A stretch of 56,933 nucleotides of DNA from Conidiobolus incongruus B7586 (Eukaryota). A program made the position numbers and the translations under genes. A model generated the notes under the pieces. That model had not been told where the DNA came from, did not search any database, and was given only the letters and a program-made list of their open reading frames with translations. Location of the stretch: positions 1 to 56,933 of the forward strand of contig JNEM01010440.1 of NCBI GenBank assembly GCA_000697335.1. Reading direction: 5' to 3'. Each line of letters starts with the position of its first letter. Position 1 is the stretch's first letter. Of this stretch, positions 35,534-50,803 are shown piece after piece.

Positions 35534-38500
35534 TCACCTAATTTCAATCTATTATATGATATTTATATTACTGTTGATTATATGTAATTGACGATTTGAT
35601 ATAGTTTCTCAGTAATATGCATTTAAAATTTAAAAATAGTAACTTATTTTGAGTTAATCACTACATATTTAAAATGATATTTAAAAATATAATTAGTCTA
35701 TTTTATTTTGTTGCCATCTCTCAATTTTTACATTATAGTTAATGGATATCTTAATAATCTAAGTTATACCTTGAATGAGATTATATATCAATTCTCTAAA
35801 ATGAGTATTTGAATAAAAATATACAACTAGTTTATAACCAAATAATGTATTGTATTTATAATAACGCTTGTGGTTCATTTATTTATATATTTATATATTA
35901 CAATACCACTTTATTCTTTTATTTTTTACATCTTTTATAAGAGCTGAGTTTAGAGCTTGATTTGAAATCTTTTTTAAATTTCGATACTCATCATTCTTAC
36001 GTAACTTTCTAGGCAAATATATATCATTTTTGAGATACTTTTTTTACTCGCATTTGCTCTTTAATGAATAAACATATCACCAGTAACTAATTGTTTTACC
36101 TTTGAAACATTCATATTTAATGATGTTTCCAAATAATAGTCAAGTCATCACTGAATCTGATTAGATCTACGAATAAATAATATCAAAGTAATAATTTAAT
36201 TATAAAATTGATAAGCTTACTATGATAGCACTTTTCTATTTCACATACATAATCAGTTTAATTAACGAAATTTTCAATAATATAAAATACTTGATTTTAC
36301 AATATCTCTAAAATTTATAATTTTTTCTTTTAAACTATCAAATATAATCAAACATAATTTCTTTATTTCATTTTGATTAAAATAAATTTTTATTATCGAA
36401 TCTAATACTTTGGTTAATTATCATTATATCAAATTAAACATAAAATATATCATACCTTACCATAACAAATTATACAATATTTTTCGGAGCTAATTTAACA
36501 TTTTAACAAAGAGTTATCGTTTAAATATTATGTAGTTAATTTTAATATTTTAAATATATTTTAGATCAATTATAAGTATATATTTAATTATCGTATAATG
36601 ATTATTTAATATTTATCAATTAACTTTTCATTTAAGATACATTATATATATATTGAACTATCCCAATTTGGAATTGATTTGAATTGATATTATTAGTATT
36701 ATAAAAAATATATAGTATTGGTGATAATTTGAATTAAATTATCTCAAAGTTTATTCGTAATTCACCCGTTTTCAAAAATTACTATATTTACAAAATTTTG
36801 CTATCAATATTTTTCATCAATAACATCATATTATTTCAATGAACTATTATATCACGTGTTAAAACCATATTAACTCTTTTTCTTGACTTAAATTTAGATT
36901 ATTGTTTTATTCAATAGTTTGAGATTAACGTATTATATATGCCTAAGCTTATATTACTTTTAATTGAATTGATTTCAATTTAAAATGTTATTTTGTAATT
37001 TGGATTAATTTTAGAAATAATTGATTCAATATAATATGAAATTAATAAATATATTTATCATACAAAACTAACGTTATAGTAATCTATATAATTATTAATC
37101 ATTATACATATCAACTATCATATTAAAAAAATTTATTTATCAATATGTTATGTTTAATATTTGATCAATTTATAGTTTAAAAATTTATATATAGACCCAA
37201 AAGATATTGATTTGAATTCCTTGAATTGATTCTTCTATACTATTCAAATAGAGGCAACTTCTAAATTTGGTTAGTTTGAGGGATTTTGATTACTTTATTA
37301 AGAATTATACTGGTAAATACTGATCAATAATTGTAATACTATTGTTTAATTTTATATATTTCTAATTTTTATTAATTGAGTAATTACAGAAATTTAGTGA
37401 TTTATTATGATATAATATATTATTAAATAAGATTATATATTTAAACTTTATGGAAGCTATTATACATTGTGATATATTTTCAAAACAATTCCGATTTCAA
37501 AATATTAATAACTCTGAGGTAGAAAACTTAACCGGAACTTAATTGTTACAGGTATTTGTATAGCTTAAAATTTGTACTATTGATTAAATCTAGTATTTTT
37601 CATATTATAATGAGATAAAGAATTTACAAAAGTGGATGAAAATCAATTGATAGTTTAGTAGTATCAACAATTCAAAAATACAGTTTATTTAGACTGTAAA
37701 TTTATAATCAACCCAAATAAATAACAATACACTTATCATGTGTTTTACAATAGTTATAATATTAGAAAAATGATAAATATAATATAATTAGAGAAAATTA
37801 GGAACATTTTAAAATGAAGAAGAATTAAAAAATTTTGAAACTTAACTTCCTTTAACTAAATTTTTAAAAGGAAATTTTATACTTGAAATTTCACTCTAAA
37901 AATTGCATTTCAAACAAATTCACCTATATTAACCCAATTGGGAGAGTGTAGTTTATGTTATAATATTGAATTCATTATAAAGATTTTCTAACGGAGATCG
38001 GCATACACCATTTATGTTTTAATTGATCAGTTAATTTAATCTGTTGAATAATTATATCGAATAAACGATTTGATTTCACTGATGCGAGTGATCTTATCAG
38101 TGTCAACACTATTCAAGCCCAGCTATTCATAAAATTCTAACGAACTTATAATTTTTTTTCAAATTAACCTAATTGAGACTAGTATAACTTAAATTATTGA
38201 TTAATTAAAAAAGTTCCTTTAAAATATTCTGTGTTGTTATAATACAAGATATTGAGTATAATTCTTTGTGACTTTGAGATTAAATGAAGTCATGTTTGAT
38301 TTAACTTGAATTAATTGGCTTAATATGGTCCAATTAACCAATCACAATGAAATATACTGGTACTAATATAGATTTAGCTAATTCAAGTTATAAATCTAAA
38401 TAATTATTAAAGAATAAAAATTTATAAATATGAAACAAATCTAATAGTAACATGATTATCATATTTTCATAATAAGCAGTTTCAGCCTAGAGAATAAGGA

Positions 38501-38942
38501 TAGCTTTGGGAAGAATATGTTTAAATCAGTTGATAATCGTTCGAGAGTCTGCTTTTAGTAAGTGCAATTCCAAGTAGTGTGGATTGGAAGAGATTCGGGA
38601 AATTTTTGGCCTTACAGATTGGCTTGAAAACTTCCTTGTACGTTGAATTTTCAAATTAGTTAAACTTTACAATTAATTCAAAGCCGTTAAAATTTTTTAC
38701 TCAATCGGGATTAAAATAACGGATATAAATCTAGTATATAAACACACAAGCTGTTTTCTTTGACTCAAGTTATATTTCCTACTCGAATTGGGCTCTGCGT
38801 ATACTATTGCAATTGATTCCTCTGGTTTGATTTTGCCTCCTACCCTACTACTCGCCACACTCTTTACCTATTTATATACTTGACCAAAAAGTGTTTTTAG
38901 ATTATAGATTTTTATAGATTTATTTTAATTTTAATAGTTATA

Positions 38943-40313
38943 ATGGAATCTTTGAAAGAGTTTTTATTGACTGGGCCAAGCCATTGGGATCCTGAGCAAC
39001 CTATTCAACGGTTTCAGTTAAACAATGGAGAGCAAATCTCTTGTATTTTATGGAATCATCTGTTTTTTATGACGGGGACTGACATTGTTCGCACTTTAAT
39101 GTATCGTTTCCAGTTATATGGTCGTCAGGTGAAAAATTTGAAAAAGTTTGAGGAAGGTGTTTTTAGTGATTTACGCAATTTAAAACCTGGCATTGATGCG
39201 GTTTTGGAAGAGCCTAGATCAGAATTCTTGGAAATGTTATACAGAAATAACTGTATCAGAACTCAAAAGAAACAAAAAGTATTCTTTTGGTACTCTGTGC
39301 CTCATGATAGATTATTCCTTGATGCTTTAGAAAGAGATGTCAAAAGAGAAGCTGCAGGAATTGAACCAGCAACCATTGTCATTCCTGGACGTGAAAATGA
39401 AGATAACACCCCCATTTCTGAGCTTGCTAAGGTTAAGAACGAATCCACAAATGAGACTACTTCTGATGATTCAGTAGAGTCAAAAGATTCAAGCTCGTCA
39501 GAAAGCGAAGATATCTCACAAGGCGAAGATACCGCTAACAAAAAAACAGATCCCATCTTGGATCACCCACTTGCACATCCAGGTATCCCTGCCAGAGCCT
39601 ACAAATTCCTCGTTGATGATCTTGCCTCACTTTCTCAAAATCAACCTGCACCTGCTCCACGCCCAATGGCTCAAATGGACTATCACTCAATGATGGCACC
39701 AATGCACCTTCAACAACAACACCACCTCTCCAGCTATGGCCATTCTACTCATTTCCACCCTCAAATGAACATGTCCTCTTTCCTTCCTCCCCAGCAAGCC
39801 CTCTTCAATGACCTTCTCAATGACCCATTAACTTCTGCCTATAGTCACAATAATTCTCAACTATTTAATCTCGATGAAACACAAAGACAAGTAAATTACT
39901 CTGTACCTATTCCCCAATCTGCTCAGTTCCCCAATATTATTGACTACTCCTCCAATTCGACACCTATGTTCCAGTCCCCTCCACTTTCCGATGACCATCG
40001 CAATCAAACTCCTCAGCCCACAGCGTATCCAGATCTCTTAAACTTGGATTTTGCTACCCCATACACCTCACTCCTCCACTCTAATCCCATATATGGTCAA
40101 GATTTTGACAGTGTGCGCCATCATGCTAATGGCAAAATACAGCGTAAAAAACAGAGAATGGATTGGCCCACTCCCTCGCCGTATCCTTTCCCAGCACCAA
40201 AAGCTCGTCCCTACTCCACTCAACCTCCAACCAACCAACAACCAGGTACGCTGGATGAAGCATTCGATCCTGCTCAGCTAAGTATGTTCCTATGCAATCC
40301 TAGCGAATTTTAA
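38943..40313 (+). CDS. STE12: Ste12-like transcription factor (STE domain)
   Basis: LKEFLLTGP...RFQLNNGEQISCILWNHLFFMTGTDIVR...KKFEEGVFSDLRNLKPGIDAVLEEPRSEFLEMLYRNNCIRTQKKQKVFFWYSVPHDRLFLDALERD is the STE domain, followed by a P/Q/S-rich tail. The 3' end is slightly uncertain because of a GTATGT donor-like site at 40282. Confidence 0.92.
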   Translation: MESLKEFLLTGPSHWDPEQPIQRFQLNNGEQISCILWNHLFFMTGTDIVRTLMYRFQLYGRQVKNLKKFEEGVFSDLRNLKPGIDAVLEEPRSEFLEMLYRNNCIRTQKKQKVFFWYSVPHDRLFLDALERDVKREAAGIEPATIVIPGRENEDNTPISELAKVKNESTNETTSDDSVESKDSSSSESEDISQGEDTANKKTDPILDHPLAHPGIPARAYKFLVDDLASLSQNQPAPAPRPMAQMDYHSMMAPMHLQQQHHLSSYGHSTHFHPQMNMSSFLPPQQALFNDLLNDPLTSAYSHNNSQLFNLDETQRQVNYSVPIPQSAQFPNIIDYSSNSTPMFQSPPLSDDHRNQTPQPTAYPDLLNLDFATPYTSLLHSNPIYGQDFDSVRHHANGKIQRKKQRMDWPTPSPYPFPAPKARPYSTQPPTNQQPGTLDEAFDPAQLSMFLCNPSEF

Positions 40314-41733
40314 ATTTTCTCCGCCGAATTTTATCCTTAATTATTATTTGACTAATCAATTTTTTATTCCACCAATTGTAAACTTTCCTTCCAAACTAAT
40401 TAATCTGAACGAGTTAAAAAATGGTATTGGGCTTTTTCATGCTCGAAAATGAGCAAAAAATACCTTTAAACTCTAATAATATTTTAATAAATTATGAAAA
40501 AATCACTCGAGCGTTTACTTAAAGATAAGGCCTTTTTTCTCAATTACCCAAAGTTTCCGACCAAATTTCATGATGTAATCACAGTGACAATTAACTTGAC
40601 CAAATTTCAAAACTTTCTGAAATTGATCACTTGCCTATTTTGATTAATTCAGATGGTATTAGAAAAATTTCCATAGTAAAAATTAAAAATTAATTGAATC
40701 AATATATTCCTCATTCTTGATTAACAATTTTCCATTAATAATCATATAAAAGCATTTCATTTTATATTATTTCAATAATATTCCATTAAATGTTAATTTA
40801 TTTTAGATATTATTATATTAACCGTTTAATAATACATATTTTCATTTTATATTTTTTTTGAATTCAACATAAATTAAATATCTTTATTCCAAAATTGAAA
40901 TATTTGATATTTAGCAGCCTTAATAATTATTTACAATATCCATAATTCAGTTTAATATTAAAGTTTAAATTAATATTTTCAAAATATTAAAAACTATTAA
41001 TATTATGGTTTGATTAATATGTTTGCTATACTTTAAATACGGGTATAGCTAATGAATATGTATTTTAGATATTCTAGTATTCCAAAATTTAATTTGAATT
41101 AGTACTTGGAATTATTGATTCAATTTTTAAACATTTTGTCAATTATAATACGATTTCAAATGTTACTATTTAGTCTATAATGTACTAAATATTTTCCTAT
41201 TTTAAATATTATATTAATTTAATAAAGTCATTTGAATGTAAATTTTACATAAATATAGATATAACTTAAACTAAGATACAAATCCACAATCCAAATTTAA
41301 TCACATATATATAATATCCAATATGAGAGTATATTTAAATTTTAAGATGACAACAGATTATTCAATTATTTTGCTGATTAAATAGATTATAGATAATCAC
41401 ATTGTTATAAAAATATTTATGTTTTATTTAATAATAACAATAATAATCATTTAATCTTGCAATAATATATTCATTTATTATTAATTTAAAATTGCATTCA
41501 TAAAATGTGATTAATTCAATTGATCCCATAAATTAATTATTCACAACTCCGAATTAAATATTGCTAACCACCACTTTATAGTTTTTACACCAATCAAATA
41601 ATATTAATACAATATCTTATAATATATAAAACAATATAAATATCATAAAATACTTAAATCCTATTCAAAGCTAATTTATATCCTCCTTATATATATATTT
41701 TTCGGAATTTCTATACTTTAAACTCGAGTCCAT

Positions 41734-44700
41734 ATGTATATTGAAGAAGTAATTTTAGACGGATTCAAATCTTATGCATCCCGTACACATATAAAAGCTT
41801 GGGATCCAGAATTTACGGCTATTACTGGACTTAATGGATCTGGGAAGTCTAATATCCTTGACGCAATTTGCTTCGTTTTAGGAATCTCAAACCTTACACA
41901 CGTAATCAACAAATATTAATTTTTTCACTTTTGAAATTCTAATTTCTTTTTAGGTCAGAGTAAATAACTTACAAGAATTAATTTACAAAAGAGGTCAAGC
42001 TGGTATTACCAAGGCATCAGTCACTATTGTATTTAATAATAATGATACATCTAAGAGTCCAGTCGGTTATGAGCAATACAAACAAATTACAGTGACTCGC
42101 CAAGTATTCACATCTTTATATTAGTTTAATAATAGTACTTATTTGTGATCTTTAGATTATGGTTGGTGGTCGCAACAAATACATTGTCAATGGCCATAAC
42201 GCCCAACAGCAAGCAGTTACGAATCTTTTTCAATCTGTTCAACTTAACGTCAATAATCCTCACTTTTTAATCATGCAAGGAAAAATTACCAAAGTTCTGA
42301 ATATGAAACCACCTGAAATTCTAGCAATGATTGAAGAAGCTGCTGGTACTAGAATGTTTGAAGAGCGTAAAGAGAAGGCGTTTAAGACTATTTTGAAAAA
42401 AGAGAAAAAACTTCAAGAAATTTCAACTATTTTAAATGAAGAAATAGGGCCCAAACTGGAAAAGCTTCGAGCTGAAAAGAGAGCGTATTTAGATTATCAG
42501 AAAATCGAAATCGAATACGACAGAATGAAACGATTAGTTGTTGCTCATCAATACTATGCTAATACCCAGCTTATTCAGTCTAATGAAAGCGACCATGCCA
42601 ATAATATTCGTCTAGCTGAAAAGCTTAAAGCAGAGCTAGATATGGTTCAAAAACAAATTCCATCAATCGAATCTGAAATTCAACGCCTTTCAGATCAATT
42701 AAATAGCAAGAGTTCAAATACATCACAAGTTCACTCAAAAATCAAGCAACTTTCAAACGAAATTGTCAGATTACAAGCTCAAATAGATATTAAATCTTCC
42801 ACTTTGAAAGAAGAAAGTAGCAATCTTTCTCAGATGAAATCAAGTGTATCTGAAATTAGATCAGTTTTGGAAGAAAAATCTAATATAAAGCAAAGTCAAC
42901 AAGTAGAATACGAAAAGATTAAAACGAATTATGATCTCCAATTTCAAAAGGTTCAAAATATGGAAGACTTATTACAATCTCTCAAGACTGGGGTTTCAAG
43001 TAAAGAAGGCCAAGGTACTGGTTTTATGGAACAGATTCGTTTAGCACAAGGTGAAGCCATTCAAGCTGAGACTCAAATCCAACAAGCTAAAATTAAAGAT
43101 TCTCATCTTGCTTCCGAGTTGGAAAAGTGTCAAAGAAATGTCCAAAATGCACTTAATGAAAATCAAGTTACAATGACTAAAAGGGAGCAAGCAATATCTG
43201 AACTGGATCGATTGCAAGAAAATTTAAATTCTTTAAATTTTCAACCTGACATTGAAAAACAATTAATTGAATCTAAATTATCTATGCAATCCCAGTTGAA
43301 ATGTTTACAAAAAGATTACAACACTATTTCTTCTAAAATATCTAATTTGGAGTTTACTTACCAAGATCCTCACCCCAATTTTGATCGTGATCAAGTTAGA
43401 GGTTTAGTTGCAGAGTTGATTCATTTAGATTCTGACCATTCTCAGTTTTCTACTGCTTTGGAAGTTTGTGCAGGTGGTCGTCTGTATAATGTTGTTGTTG
43501 AAAACGAAAATGTCGGTGCTTTGTTACTTGAAAAGGGAAAGCTCAGAAAAAAGGTCACTATTATTCCCTTAAACAAAATCAACCCACACATTGCTTCTGA
43601 CCAAGTTGTCAATACAGCTACCAGTTTAGCCCCTGGAAAGGTGCACCTTGCTCTCACTTTGGTTGGATATAACGATGATGTGTCAAAGGCTCTCGAATAT
43701 GTTTTTGGAAATACTTTCATTTGTGACGATCCTAGTACTGCTAATTTAGTTACATTTAATGAACGAATTCGAACTAAATCTGTAACCCTTGATGGTGATG
43801 TTTACGACCCTTCAGGAACCCTTCAAGGTGGATCCAAGCCTCAATCATCCGGAATTTTGATTAAGATTAATGAAATGAACGAAATCAAGAAAAAGATCAC
43901 CCACCTTACAAAGGAGATTGAAAAGACTACTGATCAAATCAACCAACTACACCAAGTTTCTTCTCATTACAAGTCACTTTCCCAAAAAATTGATTTAAAG
44001 AAACACGAAATCGCACTTTACGACAAACAAATTAGTACCTCTTCTCATTCCACTATTGAAAACCGTATTAAATCGATTATTGAAGAACGCCAAAGCCTAT
44101 CTTTGCAGATACAATCCCTTGAAACTAAAAGGCAGGCTGCAATTCAAGAAACTAGTCGTTTGGAGTCTGAGATGAATGATTTTAACGCAAATAAAACCAT
44201 TAAGCTGAAAGACATGGAACACCAACTATCTCAAGAAAGAATAATCTTAGATACGATAACAAAAACTTATAAAGAATCCGAGGTCGCTTACACGACCTTA
44301 CAACTCGAAATTGAACAGTTACAGTCTGATTTAACTAATGGTGAAGCACAATTATCTGAAGCTGAGGCAAATTTAGTTATTCTAGAGTCAGAGCATCAAG
44401 AAATTCAAAATAAGATTCAAGCATACCAGAGTCAACATAGTTCATTAAAATCGGAACTTCAAACATTGAATGCTGCTAGAAAGCAAGAAGATCAAGAAAT
44501 TAAGGAGTTAGAACAACTTAAGCATACTCGTATCAACGAAGAAGCGGAATTACAAGTTCGAATCAAAAAAATTACCTATACTATTGATCGTACATGTCAA
44601 CAAGAACAGCAAGCCCAAAGGACGATTCAGCAACTTGATGCTGAATACGATTGGATTGCTGCTCAAAAAGATCAATTTGGACAACCAAATACTCAATATG

Positions 44701-45487
44701 ATTTCTCCAAATTTGATATTGAAGACTGCGCGCAGAAGCTACAAGTTTTAGAAGAGCGATATACTTTACTGAGGAAGAAGATCAATGCTAAAGTCATGAA
44801 CACTATCGATAGTGTAGAGAAGCAAGAATCTACGTTGAAACAGATGTTAAATACTATCAAGAGAGATAAGAAGAAAATTGAAGATACTATTCATTCACTT
44901 GATGACTATAAGAAAGAAGCTCTTCAGAATACTTGGACCAAAGTTAGCAGGTAATATTAATATATTCCTCATTAATATGAAAATCCCACAGAATTTATTT
45001 TAGTGATTTTGGTATGATTTTCTCTGAGCTATTACCTGGAAATCTAGCCAAATTAGAACCACCTCCGGGTCAGACATTAATGGAAGGACTAGAAGTTCGC
45101 GTAAATTTAGGCGGTGTTTGGAAACAATCTTTAACCGAACTTTCTGGAGGTCAGCGATCTCTCATTGCCCTATCTTTGATTTTATCACTTCTTCAATTTA
45201 AACCTGCGCCTATGTATATTCTCGATGAAATCGATGCCGCCTTAGATTTATCCCATACTCAGAATATTGGTCAACTGTTAAGAACACGATTCAAAGGATC
45301 ACAATTTATTGTCGTTTCCTTGAAGGATGGTATGTTTAATAATGCCAATGTTTTATTTAAGGCTAAGTTTAAAGATGGAATTTCAGTCGTCGAGGTAAGA
45401 AAAATGATTTTTGCATTATTCTTGAGATTAACTATTTGAATATAGCGAAATTCTCAACATAAATTCGACAAGATCAAATCAAGATAA
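41734..45487 (+). CDS. SMC2: Condensin subunit Smc2
   Basis: Exons 41734-41901, 41954-42103, 42156-44950, 45004-45394, 45446-45487. Walker [33 protein letters not shown], hinge [10 protein letters not shown] and [17 protein letters not shown], signature ELSGGQRSL, Walker [20 protein letters not shown]. Confidence 0.97.
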
Positions 45488-48400
45488 TATTTATTTTTAA
45501 ATATTGCTCCAATGTACTTACAATATAAATTTACCTATTAATTGTGATTTTATTTAATTTTTGATATATCTTTATCTATTTGATTTTATGATCTAATTTT
45601 CAATTGTTTATTAATATTAACTAATCAATATAATCAAAAGTATATGTTCATCCAAAAAGGCATTTCAATAATATTAAAACTCTATTTGATTTTATGTTCA
45701 ATATTTTTATTTCTAAATTTGTATAATTCAGTATTCGTTTGATATTTCACATATTGAATCAACAATTATTATATGATAAAAATTTTTGATAAAATGCAAT
45801 TTAAATGGTCATAAAAACATGAACTACAATTTGTATATGAAGTGATAGTTAAATTTTAAAATGAGATATAGGTATCATATTGAAAGATTTACTAATCAAT
45901 ATATTTAATTAGATAAATAAACTTGAAAGAAAACTTAATATATAAACATGAATTGTATAAATGATATAATGCATTTTTTCTACTCAATATTATTGATTCA
46001 AAGTGCAATAAATGATTTTTATTTAATTTCAGCAAAATTCATACTAAATTATTAGATTATAATTGATAATTTTAATGAAATTGAGGAGAAATAATACATT
46101 ATTATTACCTATATTATATTTGATTTCACATTTATTTAGTTATTTGTTAGATAAATAATGAATTTTATATAATTTGAATAAACTTGTATGTCTTTAATAA
46201 TAATAGAAATCGAAATATATTTTTGTTTATATTCGATTTTTTAGTTTAAGATATAATATATTAATTAACATTATTAAAGCACTCATATATTGCTAAATTA
46301 TGGTTAAAATACTTTTAGTCATTAAATCCATAGTAAAATATTTGAAATTGTAAATAAAATTTTTAAATTTGTAATCATTTTTATATACATTAAAATCAAA
46401 TGCAATTTTTAAAAATATAATTTAAATTATTTTATTGAATGGTTTGTTTGGTATTTATTACCTGAGGCTAATTATAAATATTTTGAACAGTTGAATCTAT
46501 TTTGAATATAGGAATTTCATCGATTTTGGTTTAATTTAACCTGATTTTTTACTTTATATACATATTAATTTTTCATTGAGATTTATTAATATTTTCATGC
46601 AAAATGAATATTGTACAATTTATGCTTTTCTATTAATTTGAATATATATTATTAACTGAATATATATTTCAAAGTATATATAATAATTCAAGGATGTAGA
46701 TAACCGATTAACCCTAAATATATAGAAAAAAATATTCAATGAAATATGAGCTTGGTTGATAATGTTAACCATTTTAATAGTAATAAACCCGGCATAACAT
46801 AATTTAATAATATTTGGATAATAATTTTTAGTTCATAGATTCAATAATATACTTTTTTCTTGAAAATTAGACATAATTTCTTAAGTGTAACGACATTAAT
46901 ATAAAAATGTTTCATTTAAACTTGACATTAAGTTATATTGAACTTATATAAAAAATGATCAAGTAAAACAAAACAAAACAAAATATATACAAAATTGAAA
47001 AATTATGATTCAATATAGAATTTTAAGAAAAAAAAAGTATAATAAAATTGGATCTAATTCTAAAATAATTGATGTAAATATAAATATTAAATATTGACAT
47101 ATCTCATATAATTACATGGATAATTTTATTACACAATAATGAGATTGTGAATATAAATAGTAATGCTTTAAATAGTTATAAGAATAAAAATGATGGATGA
47201 AGTAAATTAAGAAGATTAGTACTCGAAATTTATATTAGAATAAGAAAATATTCATATAATAGCAATATTAAATACAATAAATGTATTTTCTTAATTTCAA
47301 TTTTGCCGTTATCCAAAATTTGCTTAATATTCTTAATTTTTCCAAGTTTCACAACACAAGCATTTTTGACATCATGAAAAATTTAGATTTAATACTTGCT
47401 TCATTATAATCTAAAAATTCGCTATTGTTTATTAAAGTAACTTAAGTTCCTACCAAATAATTTGAAAAATACTTGAACATATCAATATAAATATTTGAAT
47501 TCGAAATCAAATTATTTGAATAATTTTATATAGTGAATTCACTAGCATTCTTGTAATTATAATCGGATAAAAATAAGTACATAATAATAGAAATGCTTTG
47601 TGTCAATAAGAATATAACTCTGTAAGGGTAAGTATAGAGAATATTATTTTTAGTGCTTTGTGATTTAAAGAAATAAAATTTTGAATGCGTGTGTATATAA
47701 ATTATAGAGTATTGTGTATTTATCCATAGCAACAAAATTTGAATTTGTAATAGAGAAAATGTGACTTAAACTCAATAAAATGAGAAAATTAAGTTATTAA
47801 CTGTTTTGGATGTTTTGTATTCGAACACAAAATTCATAGCTTAATTATTTTTAATTACCAAAATTGACTTTATATTCGAAAATAAAATAATCGATAAGTG
47901 ATAAATTTAAATGATATAAGCGAAATAAATATTATAAACTTTAAACAAGTTAATATAATTTCATTATGAGTATCAATTTAATTAAGTGATTTTTAGATAA
48001 TATTTTTGAAAACTGAGAATGAATAATCTGAATGATTTCATAAAGAGTAAATAAAAAATTTAGTGAAATGAATCATTATATTATAATGATAATAATATTC
48101 TTTAAAATATATAAATAATAACAAATGATAATGACTATTTCTATAAATTAAAATAATAATCATAATCATAATATTTTTAATGCTAAATTAAATCAAAACA
48201 TTATCCAATTGATCATTATGTCATAATTATTAAATCAACACTTGTTTGTATATTAAATCGGATTTACAATTAATTAAAATAAATAATATTGAATTATTTA
48301 ATATAAATCTATGTATTAGGGTTGGTTTTAATGGTTTTTAATTATATTATATATAATGGTATATATCTGAATGAAGAGTACAAATTTGTGACTTAATAAA

Positions 48401-50795
48401 TTTAAATAATAGATTTTTGGGGGTGTCAAAAAGGTGCTAAATTCAAATCATTCCAAAATTTGATAACTCCTTTAATTATCAATTAAATTATTAAGGCTAA
48501 AAACTCAATAATCGTCTTGATTCAGCTAATTCATTTTATAATACAATCCTGAAATCCTATATTTATTGTAAATATCAATGTTCTTTGACTGTTTTAGGTT
48601 TCAGGAATTCATTTCATTATGAAATTTACCCCAATTTCAATTTTATTACAACTTAATTCGATTTAACGTTGATTCGAATCATTACTCGTTGAATAAAATT
48701 GTATCGAATGGATCTATATCATTGACCCCATTTGGCTATCTCTCAAATCTAATTTGATTAACTCTATTGTTATTGATATTCGTGATTTTTAATTAATTTA
48801 AAATTTTTTGTATTGATTTTTGAAATTGTTTAAAAAAGAGTTATCCTTATCAATACAATAAAAACTTTTAATTATTTCTAATAATGATTAATATCAAACT
48901 TAATATTAATTATTTTATGGAATGATTTATAAAATAATTTATCATCTAATATCAAATTCATATATTTATCATTAAACTATATAGCAATATATTGATAAAA
49001 CCATTATTTAGTATAAATCCAAATGCTTGAGCATATATATCATTATACATTTCATCAAAGAACAAATATTCTGCCATTTTAAAATCATATCAACAAATAA
49101 TTTCACATAAATTGCAATTAAATGTAAAATTTATGCAATTAAAATTAAATAATTCTTCTTGATTGACTCACTTTAATTAATACTTACAAATATATCTCTC
49201 AACTTGAACTTCTTTTGCTTAATTTGCTAGTTGAATTGTTCTGCCGTGAAAAATGTTAATTATTTCTACCTTACTATTGGATTTAATATCAAAGTCAATT
49301 GTTATTTTATATACTATAGCTAAACCCGATTCTTGTTTTTGTCAATAATATCACCGTTTTCACTACCTTGTGTAATTTAGGTATAACTTTCTATACGATA
49401 TAAAGTCCGTAATCATCTAGTTCAATATAATGTACTGTTAAGCAATTAGACTTTGCTTGAATAGTTCAGTATGTAGATACTTAGTGAATTTTACATTTAA
49501 AATAAATTGATTATTATATGAAAGTATTATAATTGTATTGTAAATCATTTTTATTAGTTTTTCATTATATTTCTCATAAAATTGTAAAGTTAAAGAAAAC
49601 GTGTAAAATATCAATATAGAAATCTCAAGTTCACGGGTCAAAATTCACGAAAATAGATTATAAGATGATGATTTGTTGATTGGCTAATATTTAAGCTCGC
49701 ATATAATTGAATTCTATTATGAAAAAATAATATCTTCATGTCTCTTTTCAAATCAAACTTGTATGTTACCATATAAGGATAACAGACACCCCAAAACTTC
49801 TATTCTAAGTATTTTGTCTCAAACTTAATTCAATTGACCCGGGTTTAAAAGTTAAACCACAAATTATTTAACCATATAATTTGGAACTTTGAAAAAATTT
49901 GATAACTTATAATATAATTGATAATTATCTAAAGGAACAGGTATTTAAGTAGGATTTGTTTATAATGACTTCTAGATTCTAAATTGAGATTATTTTTAGA
50001 ATTTAATATGGCTATATCTGCGATTTAATTATCTGATGAATTGATTATAATGTAATTTAATCATTTGTTTAAATGTTATATACCCCTTCACATTTTCGAT
50101 TGGATTTTTTCGGATCAGATATCAAAAAAGACAATGTTATCTTGTGTGATAATTGATATCTAACATGAACAGATTAATTCCTGAACTTCCAGGGTTAAAA
50201 GTGCTCCTCGTTTCTCAATCTCTGGAGTTGAGCTTATAGGTTAGATGTATTACAGGTTTATGTCATATCGACTGGAGATTGATTTAGTGGACACGGAAAA
50301 TGTGGTTTGGTGTATTAGAAATTCCATACAAGTCGATTAAAAATCCGAAATTGATCCAATGAATTATCCAACTTCTAGACAATAGTGTCCTTTGAAATTG
50401 TATTAAGTCAATTTGGGAAGGAAGGGGTTTGAATGCGCTGTTTTGTAGTAATGGACCTACTTAATTCTATCCCTTACCGCCTATACTTTTAGTTGAATCG
50501 GGGTTTTAATAGTATCATTTCTCTTCAATCTTGTACTCACATCTATCCATAAATTGATTTGATTTAGACTGGTTGAAATGGATTCGATATTCGAATCCAT
50601 CTGATTATGGTATAAATCTCACTTAACTTTCATTATAATCCATTAATGTCGCTCAAATTCATTTTTAAATTTACCACCCATCTCAATATATGCCATATTG
50701 GGAATATATACTTTTGATTGGTTAATTAGGATTCAGTATTAGGGTTTAATCAACTCATGCAATCACTCAATTCTCACCCACTCTATCTGGTTCCC

Positions 50796-50803
50796 TATAA
50801 ATA
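50796..50803 (+). promoter_or_regulatory. TATA box of the 50946 gene
   Basis: TATAAATA in a C-rich context ~145 nt upstream of the ATG. Confidence 0.5.

Noticed and set aside
38430..38437. Pheromone response element ATGAAACA upstream of Ste12 (autoregulation)
   Set aside because: A single copy of an AT-rich motif expected by chance every few kb here; TGAAACA also occurs at 36103 and elsewhere.
38943..45487. Mating-type locus suggested by Ste12
   Set aside because: No HMG-box, homeodomain, pheromone or receptor genes were seen; the neighbours are unrelated housekeeping genes.
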